UHGV virus genome: UHGV-0052423
Direction: 5' to 3' (one strand)
Length of the DNA: 37,021 nucleotides
From: a virus
The position numbers and the translations under genes were made by a program. The notes beneath the pieces are model-generated. The model worked only from the letters and a program-made list of their open reading frames with translations, did no database searches and was not told the DNA's origin. Positions 18,576-28,179 of the stretch are shown piece after piece (the first letter of the stretch is position 1; each line of letters begins with the position of its first letter).

Positions 18576-20419
18576 TTCAGATTTATAATCCGGAAAATAC
18601 GGAATATGAACAGAACGGAAATATGACATTATTTCCGGAAGAAGCTACAATTCATGTGATCTTGAATGGAGAGTGGACGGCAACGATAGAGTATCCAATC
18701 GATCCGGAAGGACGTTGGAGGTATATCGTAGACAATGCGGTAATTAAGATGCCATCATTTAATGGGGAACAGCTTTTCCGTGTGATTAATAAAGAGAAAA
18801 AAGATTCAGGTGTAAGTGCAGATCTTATGCCTGTTTTTTTCGATGCAAAAGAGGATTGCTTCCTGTTGGACATCAGACCAACGGATAAGAATGGCCAGGA
18901 TGCTCTGGATCTGATGACAGCACCAAACCACAAATATCAGGCAAAATCAGATATTAAAACGTTATCGACTGCCTATTATCAGATGAAGAATCTGATAGAA
19001 GCGATTAATGGAAGTGATGAGAATTCTTTTGTTAATCGCTGGGGTGGAGAGATTCTATATGATAATTACAATGTTACGATTGATGAGAGAGTCGGCGGTG
19101 ATTATGGCGTAGAAGTGCTGTATGGAAAAAATATCGTGAAAGATGGATTTTCCGAAACGGTGGACATGAAGGATGTGGTCACGAGGATTGTTCCAAAATC
19201 GTACAATGGCTACATGATCGAAGGGGAGAACCCCTGGGTGGACTCTCCGTTGATCAGAAAATATCCGACAGTACGCTACGGCGTGATGACGTTTGAGGAT
19301 GTTAAGATGCGTGTGGATGCAGGAGAAGATGACGAAGAAAATGGAACGATTATCTGTGATACACAGGAACAGCTGGAAGAAGCCCTGAAAAAGAAATGCA
19401 GGGAACAGTTTGAGTTAGATGTGGACAAGCCAAAGGTGACAATCGAGGCAGATATGGAGCTTTTACAGAATACGGAATTGTATGAAGATGTGAAAGAACT
19501 GGAAAAGGTTTCACTTGGAGATACAGTTCACTGTAAACATTCAAAATTAGGAATCTTGTCGGATGCAAGAGTGATTGAACTGGAGTGGGATGCTGTGAGA
19601 AACAAGCTGACCTCCGTGACGCTGGGAGAATTCCAGTATAATTTCCTCGATGATGTGTCTTCTGTTATGAGTCGTGTTGACCAGGCAATCCGTTCCGATG
19701 GAACGCTGATCGGGCAGCAGGTTCAGGGAATCATCAATGGGGTAAAAGCACAGCTGAAAGCGCAGTCTACGATTGCGAAGAAACAGCCAGTCCGGGCGAT
19801 ATTGTTTGAAGATCTGGATTCAGAATCTCCGACCTATGGAGCAATGTGCCTGGGAACGCTCGGATTCGAGATTGCATCAGAACGTACAGCAGATGGAAGG
19901 GACTGGAAGTGGACTACCTTCGGAACTGGTCAGGGCTTTTATGCAGATTTTATTGTAGCTGGAACGATGCTGGCAGACAGAATCAAGGGAGGAACGCTGA
20001 TTCTTGGAGGAAAAGACAATGGAGATGGAACCGCAAAAGTACTCGATGCGAATGGCAATGTGGTTCTGGCTCTGACAAATCAGGGCATTGTTGTAGATCA
20101 TGCATCTAACGGCGGTGTGTTGATTAGTAACGGATCTATTTTTATAAGGAACACCAAGGGCGAGACAGTAGGAATTATGCACTATCAGGATAATGGTATG
20201 AGTATACAGTCTTACGGTGGACAATATGCAAGTATCCTGATTACGAATGAAGGGAAGATCTCAATCAATGCAGTAGGAGAAGTATCACTTTCCTGCGGAT
20301 CACTTAAGGTCGGCGGGAAGTCAACAAAGACAGGAAGAGCGGTATATTCAGACGGAACGTATCTGGATATCCAAAATGGACATGTTGTAGGTGGAAATAC
20401 GAAAGAAGGTAGTTTCTGA
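18572..20419 (+). CDS. tail-associated lysin / tail tip protein (Tal-like, prophage tail endopeptidase family)
   Basis: 615 aa following Dit. Confidence 0.55.
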   Translation: MIQIYNPENTEYEQNGNMTLFPEEATIHVILNGEWTATIEYPIDPEGRWRYIVDNAVIKMPSFNGEQLFRVINKEKKDSGVSADLMPVFFDAKEDCFLLDIRPTDKNGQDALDLMTAPNHKYQAKSDIKTLSTAYYQMKNLIEAINGSDENSFVNRWGGEILYDNYNVTIDERVGGDYGVEVLYGKNIVKDGFSETVDMKDVVTRIVPKSYNGYMIEGENPWVDSPLIRKYPTVRYGVMTFEDVKMRVDAGEDDEENGTIICDTQEQLEEALKKKCREQFELDVDKPKVTIEADMELLQNTELYEDVKELEKVSLGDTVHCKHSKLGILSDARVIELEWDAVRNKLTSVTLGEFQYNFLDDVSSVMSRVDQAIRSDGTLIGQQVQGIINGVKAQLKAQSTIAKKQPVRAILFEDLDSESPTYGAMCLGTLGFEIASERTADGRDWKWTTFGTGQGFYADFIVAGTMLADRIKGGTLILGGKDNGDGTAKVLDANGNVVLALTNQGIVVDHASNGGVLISNGSIFIRNTKGETVGIMHYQDNGMSIQSYGGQYASILITNEGKISINAVGEVSLSCGSLKVGGKSTKTGRAVYSDGTYLDIQNGHVVGGNTKEGSF

Positions 20420-21417
20420 TGAGCTGGACAATAAGCAACAATTATCTTTCGGAATCTCAGATGCAGGGCAACGCCCTTGAAGTGTATAAGTATTTCGCTG
20501 GAAAAGGCTGGACACTGAATGCAATCGGGGGCATCCTTGGAAATATGGAAAAGGAGTCCAACATTAACCCCGGACTCTGGCAGAGTCTGAATGAAGGAAA
20601 CTATAGCGGCGGCTTTGGACTGGTTCAATGGACACCGGCAACGAATTATACCGATTGGGCGAAATCCAATGGATATGCAATCACAGATCCGGTTGGACAG
20701 TTGCATTGGATTGATACTCTTTCAGCATCTTCCGGCCAATGGATAGCAACGAGTTCCTACAGTATGACATGGGCGCAGTTCAAGAGTAGCACAGAGACAC
20801 CAGAATATCTGGCCAGCGCTTTCCTTAAGAACTTTGAACGCGCGGGCGTTGAGGTAGAATCTGCAAGACGCAGTGCAGCAAGAAAATGGTATGAATATCT
20901 GAAAAAATACGCTACAGGAAGTCGGATTATAGAAAAGGCTGTTGAGTGGGCGGTGGCAATCGCAAAGGATGACAGTCACGGATACGATCAGGCACACAGG
21001 GATGGACCGGATTATGATTGTTCGTCTCTTCTTTGCTGGGCGTATTACAATGCGGGACTTAACACAAGACCAGGATATACACCGGCTACAGGAACGATGT
21101 ACAGTGTATTTCTTTCAGCAGGATTTGAAGATGTTACATCGCAGGTGAATCTGTCCACTGGATCTGGTCTGATAAGAGGAGATGTCCTGTTGAAACCAGG
21201 AAGCCATACAGAAATGTTCATAGGGAATGGACAGCTGGTAGGAGCTTCACAAAATGAATTAGGTGGAATCACAGGAGGACAGACCGGAGACCAGACGGGG
21301 GCTGAAATTCATGTACATGGTTACTATAACTTCCCGTGGCAGTATGTTCTCCGCTATCCGGGCGGGAACATTGCACCGGTGCAAGGCCTGTATATAGTCA
21401 AATGGATACCAGGATAG
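20419..21417 (+). CDS. bifunctional tail-associated peptidoglycan hydrolase (N-terminal phage tail-tip lysozyme-like domain + C-terminal NlpC/P60-CHAP-type Cys/His peptidase)
   Basis: N-term 'GWTLNAIGGILGNMEKESNINPGLWQS...GFGLVQWTP' is lysozyme-like; C-term 'DYDCSSLLCWAYYNAG...GSHTEMFIGNG' is a Cys-His peptidase. Confidence 0.65.
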   Translation: MSWTISNNYLSESQMQGNALEVYKYFAGKGWTLNAIGGILGNMEKESNINPGLWQSLNEGNYSGGFGLVQWTPATNYTDWAKSNGYAITDPVGQLHWIDTLSASSGQWIATSSYSMTWAQFKSSTETPEYLASAFLKNFERAGVEVESARRSAARKWYEYLKKYATGSRIIEKAVEWAVAIAKDDSHGYDQAHRDGPDYDCSSLLCWAYYNAGLNTRPGYTPATGTMYSVFLSAGFEDVTSQVNLSTGSGLIRGDVLLKPGSHTEMFIGNGQLVGASQNELGGITGGQTGDQTGAEIHVHGYYNFPWQYVLRYPGGNIAPVQGLYIVKWIPG

Positions 21418-21438
21418 AACAGAGGTGAAAGAAAGAGA

Positions 21439-22206
21439 ATGAATTATATTGAACGTAATGTATATGTGCTGGAAGACAGGATCAAGAGCCCAATTCATTA
21501 TGTAAGAGGTACGAATGCACTTCCCATCTATTTTCATTTCATGGATTATGAAATACCGGAAGATGCATCTGCAAAGGTTTTTATTCTGAAACCATCGAAG
21601 AAAGCAACATATAATGCGTGTCCGATCATTGAGAACACGGTACGTGTTATTGTAAAAGATCAGATGCTGGCAGAAACAGGAAGAAGTCTGCTTCAGTTAG
21701 AAATTACTAAAGGAGAGGACACTTTGGTAACTTTTGAGCAGCCGATAGAGGTCAAAAGAAATTTCGTGGAAGGTGATGTTCCGGAAAGCGAAAACGAGGC
21801 AGGATGGATTGATAAGTTTATCAAAGGAATGGAAGAAGCTACACAGCGGGCACAGGATGCAGCAAAGGGCGCAGAGCAGATAAAACAGACATTAGAGGAA
21901 AAGCTTCAGAATGGTGACTTCACAGGCCCAACGGGTGCGACAGGACCACAGGGAGAACAGGGGATTCCGGGCATACCAGGAAAAGACGGAGAGCAGGGGC
22001 CAAAAGGAGATACCGGTCCGGTTGGTCCAGTGGGACCACCAGGCAGAGATGCTAATGCTGCGATAACATCACTGGATCCGGGGATTTTTGCCATGTCGGT
22101 GGAAAGCGGTCACCTGTTACTTACCTATAATGGATCTGATCCAGCTCCGCCGTTGAAGATTGTAGAGGGCAGGTTGGTATATATACTGGATGAGGTGACA
22201 ACATGA
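21439..22206 (+). CDS. collagen-like (Gly-X-Y) tail fibre protein
   Basis: '[40 protein letters not shown]'; C-terminal GHL motif. Confidence 0.65.
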   Translation: MNYIERNVYVLEDRIKSPIHYVRGTNALPIYFHFMDYEIPEDASAKVFILKPSKKATYNACPIIENTVRVIVKDQMLAETGRSLLQLEITKGEDTLVTFEQPIEVKRNFVEGDVPESENEAGWIDKFIKGMEEATQRAQDAAKGAEQIKQTLEEKLQNGDFTGPTGATGPQGEQGIPGIPGKDGEQGPKGDTGPVGPVGPPGRDANAAITSLDPGIFAMSVESGHLLLTYNGSDPAPPLKIVEGRLVYILDEVTT

Positions 22207-22841
22207 TTAGAGCGATGTTTGAAGAAAATGTGCGTAAGACAGAAGCACGTGGACTGGTACAGTGGGATTATGGACAGATACTGCAGATAGAGGGATTGAA
22301 AGGAATCGATCATGCAGAGGTTCATTTTGCTGTAAAAGAATGCAGTGCAAAAGCAGAGATCTGTATTGCAACTATAGAAGAAAACAGGATCCTTGCAGAT
22401 ATCCCGGACAAACTGCTGGAAGTTGGAAAAGACTTGATTGCATATGTGTATATTGCAGATGCGATGAGCGGGAAAACTGTCAGAATTATTGAACTTCCAG
22501 TTAAAAAGAGAGAACAGCCAGGAGATTATAGCACACCATCAGGCAAGAACCTTCTGCGTCAGGTACTGGAATCACTTGAAAAAAAGGCAGACAATATGAC
22601 TGTCATCGACGGAGAATTACAGTTACTGTCAGGTGATACACCTGTCGGAAACAGAGTCCGGATGGAGACGGCAGCAGGAAAAGAAATTGAAATTAGGAAT
22701 GATGGCACGTCGATCCAGTGGAGGTATACAGATCAGAATGAATGGAAAGAGCTGATTCCGCTGGCAGACCTGAAAGGGGAAGACGGGAAACCGCCGGAAT
22801 TTGAAATCAGGGAAGGTCATCTGATTGTAAAATATGAATAA
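22203..22841 (+). CDS. tail fibre-associated protein (shares the C-terminal 'F.I..GHLIV.Y' motif)
   Basis: C-terminus '[16 protein letters not shown]' parallels the ends of neighbouring fibre genes. Confidence 0.45.
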   Translation: MIRAMFEENVRKTEARGLVQWDYGQILQIEGLKGIDHAEVHFAVKECSAKAEICIATIEENRILADIPDKLLEVGKDLIAYVYIADAMSGKTVRIIELPVKKREQPGDYSTPSGKNLLRQVLESLEKKADNMTVIDGELQLLSGDTPVGNRVRMETAAGKEIEIRNDGTSIQWRYTDQNEWKELIPLADLKGEDGKPPEFEIREGHLIVKYE

Positions 22842-22921
22842 CTTACTGGATAGAGAGCACTTGTTACGACAGGTGCTTTTTATTATAAAAATTTTTCAAC
22901 AAAGAAAGGAAGGAAAGAAAC

Positions 22922-23827
22922 ATGGCAAGAGAGGTAGATTTAGGATCAATTATCGGACCACAGGGACCAAAAGGAGAAACAGGAGCAACAGGCCAACAGG
23001 GACCAACCGGACCGCAGGGTGAAACAGGCCCAACAGGTAAATCAGCCTATCAGGTATGGCTTGCGCAGTCAGGAAACGCAGGAAAGACAGAAGCACAGTA
23101 TATCCAGTCCATGAAAGGAGCTAAAGGAGACAAAGGAGATACAGGAGCGACAGGCCCACAGGGACCAACTGGAGCGACAGGAGCCACTGGAGCCACAGGT
23201 GCTACAGGTCCGCAGGGGGTGAAAGGCGATAAGGGAGACAAAGGAGATGCATTTGCGATTGCAAAGACATTCGCTTCCGTATCTGCAATGAATTCTGGCT
23301 TTTCAACGGACGGAGTGAAAGAAGGACAGTTCGTTATGATCGATACTGGAAATGTAAACGATGCAGATAACGCAAAGCTGTACGTGAAAGGAAAATCAGC
23401 CTATACATATATCACTGATTTGTCTGGTGCGACCGGTATGACAGGACCACAGGGACCGAAAGGCGATAAGGGAGCAACTGGAGATAAGGGAGCAACCGGA
23501 GCGACTGGAACAAGAGGAAGCCGCTGGAATGCAGGAACTGCAATCACCGGAACAAGTACAACGGCGACAATCTTTTCAGGAACAGGAATCACAGATGCAC
23601 TGGTGAATGATATGTATCTGAATACATCCACAGGCAATACGTATCGTTGTACTGTTGCAGGAGCAGCGGCAGCAGCTAAGTGGGTATACGTAGGAAGTTT
23701 AAAAGGAACAACCGGTGCACAGGGCGCAACTGGAGCGACAGGAGCCACCGGAGCAGCAGGCAAAGATGGAGAAACCCCAACATTTAAAATCCAGAACGGT
23801 CATTTAATTGCAGTATATGCAAACTAG
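22922..23827 (+). CDS. collagen-like tail fibre protein
   Basis: Multiple Gly-X-Y runs; ~70-aa module duplicated in the next gene; C-terminus '[17 protein letters not shown]'. Confidence 0.7.
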   Translation: MAREVDLGSIIGPQGPKGETGATGQQGPTGPQGETGPTGKSAYQVWLAQSGNAGKTEAQYIQSMKGAKGDKGDTGATGPQGPTGATGATGATGATGPQGVKGDKGDKGDAFAIAKTFASVSAMNSGFSTDGVKEGQFVMIDTGNVNDADNAKLYVKGKSAYTYITDLSGATGMTGPQGPKGDKGATGDKGATGATGTRGSRWNAGTAITGTSTTATIFSGTGITDALVNDMYLNTSTGNTYRCTVAGAAAAAKWVYVGSLKGTTGAQGATGATGATGAAGKDGETPTFKIQNGHLIAVYAN

Positions 23828-23838
23828 GAGGAGATACA

Positions 23839-24882
23839 ATGGCAACAAGACAGATTGATTTAGGACAGGTCGTAGGACCTACAGGAGCCACAGGAACAAG
23901 AGGAAGCCGTTGGACACAGGGAACGGCAATCACCGGAACAAGTACAACGGCGACAATCTTTTCCGGATCAGGAATCACAGACGCCATTGTAAATGATAAC
24001 TATCTGAACACATCAACAGGAAATACATACCGGTGTACAGTTGGCGGTGCTGCATCTGTAGCAAAATGGGTGTATACCGGAAACCTGAAAGGCCCACAGG
24101 GCGCAAAAGGCGCAACCGGACCGCAGGGACCAACCGGTGCGACTGGAGCGACCGGAGCAACCGGACCGAAAGGAGACACGGGACCAACTGGTCCCGCCGG
24201 TCCGCAAGGTCCGACAGGGACTGTAGATGCAAATACTCAGGTAGCATTTACAACGGCAAGTACAAGAGAAAATATCATAAGCAATGAGAAATTCGGGACG
24301 ATACTTGGAAAAATCGCAAAGTACTTTAAAGATCTCGGTACGTCTGCATTCCGATCAGTAGCCAATAACCTGACAACAGCATCAGCCGGAAGTACTGTTC
24401 TGGATGGATACCAGGGAAAGGTACTGGATGGAAAGAAACTGAATAATGCGAATGTGATCAATAATCTTCTTACAACAGAAGCAGGATATGCACTGGATGC
24501 AAGACAGGGAAAGGCACTTGAAGATGAGATTACTGAGTTAAATGGCAAATCATATGAGCTGATCAAAGTCAGCGATAACAGATATGTGAAGAAATACGCA
24601 GATGGACGCTTTGAAGCATATGGCCATGTAGCAATCAAGGATCTCGTATTTGCAAATCAGATTGGAACAAGCAGTGTCTATTACGCTCAATATCAGAATC
24701 TGAATATTGGGATTACTGCTAAAACCATTTCATCCGTACAACACACAGCGAATAACTCTGGTGTTGTATGGACTGGCAATGCATCTGTGTCGGGGATCGC
24801 CATGAAAGGGACTATCTTGCAATATGGTCCGACCTCCAGATCAACAGATTTTAATTATGATGTGAAGGGTACTTGGAAATAA
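23839..24882 (+). CDS. collagen-like tail fibre protein with exchangeable C-terminal receptor-binding tip (constant region 23839-24550 + cassette V1 24551-24882)
   Basis: Gly-X-Y repeats. A recombination-site copy (ttaaatggcaaat, 24538-24550, encoding LNGK) sits in frame at the constant/variable junction. The C-terminal tip carries '[14 protein letters not shown]', like side-tail-fibre tips. Confidence 0.7.
   Translation: MATRQIDLGQVVGPTGATGTRGSRWTQGTAITGTSTTATIFSGSGITDAIVNDNYLNTSTGNTYRCTVGGAASVAKWVYTGNLKGPQGAKGATGPQGPTGATGATGATGPKGDTGPTGPAGPQGPTGTVDANTQVAFTTASTRENIISNEKFGTILGKIAKYFKDLGTSAFRSVANNLTTASAGSTVLDGYQGKVLDGKKLNNANVINNLLTTEAGYALDARQGKALEDEITELNGKSYELIKVSDNRYVKKYADGRFEAYGHVAIKDLVFANQIGTSSVYYAQYQNLNIGITAKTISSVQHTANNSGVVWTGNASVSGIAMKGTILQYGPTSRSTDFNYDVKGTWK
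24538..24550 (+). repeat. shufflon crossover site 1 (core ttaaatggcaaat, forward)
   Basis: Exact 13-nt core shared with three other copies. Confidence 0.6.
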
Positions 24883-25254
24883 TTACTTCTTGGTATACCT
24901 CAGAGTAATACTTCCGGAATATGTGGACCAGTTTGCTCCGGTCGATACAATAACCGTTGCGCCGTTACTTGTAATCCTTACACCTATGGAATTTTCCACA
25001 GCTCTAGGATCCACATACGGAATTGGATAGCTTGCACCGGAATTGAATGCAAAACTATTTTCCATATCAACCCAGACATAATCAGCACCAGTAATACCTG
25101 TGCTTATAGATTTCATTGTATTATTCGGTAATGCTCCGGCAGATATCATTTTCTGATAGATGGGCTTTGAATTAAGGTACTGTCCTGTGAATGTTTCAGA
25201 AATTCCAAATCCTAAAGTAGTGGCATCCACCTTCTTCTCTAATTTGCCATTTAA
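24883..25254 (-). CDS. promoterless alternative tail-fibre C-terminal cassette V2 (reads LNGKLEKKVDATTLGFG...RYTKK* through site 2)
   Basis: Minus-strand frame open through the repeat. It abuts the fibre gene stop tail-to-tail with a 0-nt gap. No independent ATG. Confidence 0.55.
   Translation of the reverse strand, partial: LNGKLEKKVDATTLGFGISETFTGQYLNSKPIYQKMISAGALPNNTMKSISTGITGADYVWVDMENSFAFNSGASYPIPYVDPRAVENSIGVRITSNGATVIVSTGANWSTYSGSITLRYTKK
25242..25254 (-). repeat. shufflon crossover site 2 (core, reverse orientation)
   Basis: atttgccatttaa on the + strand. Confidence 0.6.
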
Positions 25255-25298
25255 CGCAGTTCCTTTTGTTATACTGAAAGCAAAAAGGAGCAGGAAGA

Positions 25299-26288
25299 AT
25301 GGAAAAGAAAATTATGGAGATCTTAAGGAGAATGCAGGGAGTTCTACAGGAAAAACAGCAGAAAGAGCTACAAAATGTTCTTATGATTGTTTTGGCAGGC
25401 TGTAAAATTGTGGAGGAAACATCGGTAAAGGCTGTCAGTAATGAATGGATGACAGATCTGCAAGACTTTCTGATGAGTAAGTCACTGGGCGGTAAGTCAC
25501 CTGAGACAGTAAAGCGGTATCAATACGAACTGCAACGGCTGTTATCTTATATTGATAAAGAAGTAGCACAGATTACTGCCGGAGATATCTCACAGTATAT
25601 GAGAGCCTATAAAGCAATTAGAAAAGTGTCAAACCAGACATTGAAAAATGTGAGGGCGGTATACAGCAGCTTCTTCGGTTGGCTACGGGATCGGAACAGA
25701 ATCCGATTAAATCCAATGATTATGGTGGAAGAGATTAAAGTTGAGACAATAATTAAGAAGCCTTTTTCGGATGAAGAACGAGAAAAATTGTTGAGAGAAT
25801 GCGATACGATTAGAGACAAGGCTATGGTGGAATTCTTGTATTCTACAGCGGTCAGGGTATCGGAATTATCAAGAATCAATCGTGAAGACGTTCAGTTTGC
25901 CAGCAGAGATCTGGTTGTATATGGAAAAGGCGGGAAAGAAAGGAGAGTGTACATCAATGAAAAGACGAACCTATACTTGAAAGAATATTTACAAGGACGG
26001 ACAGATACAGATCCGGCGCTGTTCGTATCGTTAAAGGGTGGTCATGAACGTCTGTCAAAGTCGGGGATCGAGGATATTATAAGAAGAATTGGAAAAAGAG
26101 CCAATGTGGAGAAGGCTCATCCTCATAGATTTCGGCGGACAGCATTGACCAATGCGTTGAATCGTGGAATGCCACTTCAAGAAGCAATGATTTTAGCGGG
26201 ACATTCCAAGCCGGAAACAACAATGAGGTATTGCACGGTGGATCAGGAAGCTGTTCAGTATCATCATAAAAAATATTTAAGCGCATAG
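25299..26288 (+). CDS. tyrosine site-specific recombinase (XerD/Rci-like; candidate shufflon invertase)
   Basis: RBS aaaaaggagcaggaagaATG. Catalytic signature ...VRVSEL (Arg), KGGKER (Lys), HPHRFRRT (H-x-x-R), LAGHSKPETTMRYC (His...Tyr). Confidence 0.85.
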   Translation: MEKKIMEILRRMQGVLQEKQQKELQNVLMIVLAGCKIVEETSVKAVSNEWMTDLQDFLMSKSLGGKSPETVKRYQYELQRLLSYIDKEVAQITAGDISQYMRAYKAIRKVSNQTLKNVRAVYSSFFGWLRDRNRIRLNPMIMVEEIKVETIIKKPFSDEEREKLLRECDTIRDKAMVEFLYSTAVRVSELSRINREDVQFASRDLVVYGKGGKERRVYINEKTNLYLKEYLQGRTDTDPALFVSLKGGHERLSKSGIEDIIRRIGKRANVEKAHPHRFRRTALTNALNRGMPLQEAMILAGHSKPETTMRYCTVDQEAVQYHHKKYLSA

Positions 26289-26372
26289 CAGTAAGAAAAA
26301 TAGAGATTGAAAAACGCTTGGCAATAGTCAGGTGTTATTTTTGTACAATTTTTTATTGAGAAGAAAAGAGGT

Positions 26373-26396
26373 GGAGTTCTTAATTAAATGGCAAAT
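26373..26396 (+). repeat. shufflon crossover site 3 (24-nt ggagttcttaattaaatggcaaat; core 26384-26396, forward)
   Basis: Perfect 24-nt inverted repeat with 27037-27060. Confidence 0.65.
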
Positions 26397-26701
26397 CAAT
26401 TATAGACATAAGTAAAAATCACTGTAAATTTGCAAATGGTTTGATTGTTCAATGGGGGACAGGATCGCTTCCAAGTTCATCGGAAGGTGGGGGAGGGTAT
26501 GCAACGATAACATTTCCTATACCATTTTCAGATACATCTTACACTGCTATTGCTTGCGCAAAATATCCTGGAACTGCAAACCCAGCGTTTATGGTATCTA
26601 CTGGTAACGCGAGTGCCTCAAAAATGTATGTATATGGACGAACCGGAAATTTAACAGCAATAACAAAAGCTGAATGTGGATGGATTGCTATAGGTTATTA
26701 A
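26384..26701 (+). CDS. alternative tail-fibre C-terminal cassette V3 (LNGKSIIDISKNHCKFANGLIVQWGTGS...IGY*)
   Basis: Frame opens at the site with a TAA immediately upstream. It contains the 'GLIVQWG' motif, which I recall from side-tail-fibre tips. Confidence 0.55.
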   Translation, partial: LNGKSIIDISKNHCKFANGLIVQWGTGSLPSSSEGGGGYATITFPIPFSDTSYTAIACAKYPGTANPAFMVSTGNASASKMYVYGRTGNLTAITKAECGWIAIGY

Positions 26702-26704
26702 TTT

Positions 26705-27049
26705 CTACAAATCATAGGACACATCTAACCATATATAGGTATCTTTCTGAAATGAAGAGTTAATCTGATAAGTTATAGCACCATTCGTTTCTATGATTAC
26801 ACATCCGATGCCTATAAGTGTCCAATTATCTTTCGTTACAATTGCAGGAAATGCTTCGCCGTTAGGCGGTGCTATTTCAGCCGGAATTGATCCACCGTTA
26901 TATTGAGTATTGGCATTTCCCATGCCAGTTGTATATAACCCAGCCATAATAGAAACTCGATTATTCTTTTTCGCGATACGCTGGTCTCTTATAGCAAGCG
27001 ATCCTCCTTGTGATATGCTATACTTCTTTTCTTCTAATTTGCCATTTAA
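26705..27049 (-). CDS. alternative tail-fibre C-terminal cassette V4 (LNGKLEEKKYSISQGG...VSYDL*)
   Basis: Minus-strand frame open from site 4; a TAA precedes it; tail-to-tail with V3, 3-nt gap. Confidence 0.55.
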   Translation of the reverse strand, partial: LNGKLEEKKYSISQGGSLAIRDQRIAKKNNRVSIMAGLYTTGMGNANTQYNGGSIPAEIAPPNGEAFPAIVTKDNWTLIGIGCVIIETNGAITYQINSSFQKDTYIWLDVSYDL

Positions 27050-27060
27050 TTAAGAACTCC
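27037..27060 (-). repeat. shufflon crossover site 4 (core 27037-27049, reverse orientation)
   Basis: Reverse complement equals site 3 over 24 nt. Confidence 0.65.
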
Positions 27061-27075
27061 ACAGAAGGGAGAAAT

Positions 27076-27759
27076 ATGAACATTCTTTTTTTAGATCAGA
27101 AAGATCCGGTTATCGGAAATGTAACAGTGCAGGATCCACATCATGTATTGATTGAGAATACAGAAAAGAATCTGTCCGGTTTTCATCTTGTGACAGATGA
27201 AGGAAATGTATATGGAAAATACGATAACTTTACAACTCTTTACAGAGAACAGGGGGAAGGATATATCTTGTCCGATGATGGCAGTGTATATGTAGAGCCA
27301 GAACCTGAACCAGAGCCAGAACCGTATGTGCCAACACTGGAAGAAGTGCAGGAAGAAAAGGTCAGTGAAATGAACACTGCACAGCAGAGCGTGATTGCTG
27401 AGGGTGTAAACGTAACACTTACGGATGGAAGTGTAGAGCATTTCACATTAACTGAACATGATCAGACAAGCCTTGTAGGATTACAGGGACAGGTGGCAGC
27501 AGGAGAAGAAAATATTCCGTGGCATACATCAGATGAGGAAGAACACTGTAAGTTTTACAGTAATGCAGATATGGCACGAATCACGACCACGGCAATGTCT
27601 CACGTTACATGGCATGTAACTTACTTCAGAGATTTGAGAATTTACATTAGATCACTGGAAGACAAAGAAGAAGTTGAAAAAGTCACTTATGGAATGGATA
27701 TTCCTGTAGAATATCAGTCTGAGCCGTTAAAAGCGATGATCGCGGCTCAGTCTGTATGA
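27076..27759 (+). CDS. hypothetical protein with (EP)5 linker; possible tail-fibre assembly/chaperone-like protein
   Basis: RBS cagaagggagaaatATG; 'EPEPEPEPEP' linker; lies immediately downstream of the fibre cassettes. Confidence 0.45.
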   Translation: MNILFLDQKDPVIGNVTVQDPHHVLIENTEKNLSGFHLVTDEGNVYGKYDNFTTLYREQGEGYILSDDGSVYVEPEPEPEPEPYVPTLEEVQEEKVSEMNTAQQSVIAEGVNVTLTDGSVEHFTLTEHDQTSLVGLQGQVAAGEENIPWHTSDEEEHCKFYSNADMARITTTAMSHVTWHVTYFRDLRIYIRSLEDKEEVEKVTYGMDIPVEYQSEPLKAMIAAQSV

Positions 27760-28166
27760 GATGGCTAAGACCGCTGATTCTGTTTGGAATTGGCGGTTTT
27801 CTGTATGTGCTGATTGAACTTTTCACAAGAGGACGAAGTCACTGGTCCATGTTTCTGGTTGGAGGGATGGCGTTTTATCTGATCGGATGTATTAATGAGT
27901 ATACACGAAGAGATCTTGCAATGCGCTGGCAGATGGCAGCAGGAGCTATCATCATAACGTTATTGGAACTGATTGCCGGGATTATTGTGAATATCATATT
28001 AGGATGGAATGTGTGGGATTATAGTAATTTGCCTGGAAACTTATTAGGGCAGATTTGTCCACAGTTTACAGTATTATGGTTTCTCCTTTCAGCGGTAGCG
28101 GTGTACCTGGATGATTGGATCAGATGGTTATTGTGGGGAGAAGAGAGACCAAAATATAAATTTTAA
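27756..28166 (+). CDS. 4-TM membrane protein (DUF1113 / putative ABC-transporter-type-IV-like family)
   Basis: Hydrophobic segments; ATGA overlap with the preceding gene; start of the lysis region. Confidence 0.45.
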   Translation: MRWLRPLILFGIGGFLYVLIELFTRGRSHWSMFLVGGMAFYLIGCINEYTRRDLAMRWQMAAGAIIITLLELIAGIIVNIILGWNVWDYSNLPGNLLGQICPQFTVLWFLLSAVAVYLDDWIRWLLWGEERPKYKF

Positions 28167-28179
28167 AGAAAGAAGTATG

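Larger units (their letters stand above)
24538..27060. mobile_element. shufflon-like multiple DNA inversion region: three invertible segments (24551-25241, 25255-26383, 26397-27036) bounded by four sites
   Basis: Alternating-orientation, in-phase sites; convergent promoterless cassettes; recombinase gene inside. Confidence 0.6.

Noticed and set aside
21906-23987. Minus-strand ORFs 21906-22094, 23050-23241, 23401-23763, 23784-23987 encoding PVAPVAP-type low-complexity proteins
   Set aside because: They are the reverse-complement shadow of the Gly-X-Y collagen repeats (GGN-NNN-NNN read backwards gives Pro/Ala/Val runs). No RBSs. They lie antisense to clearly coding fibre genes.
25263-25300. 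Minus-strand frame of cassette V2 stays open upstream through the recombinase start (…FSITKGTALNGK…)
   Set aside because: No start codon or RBS in that stretch, and it is antisense to the recombinase RBS/start. Interpreted as read-through openness of the promoterless cassette, not an independent gene.
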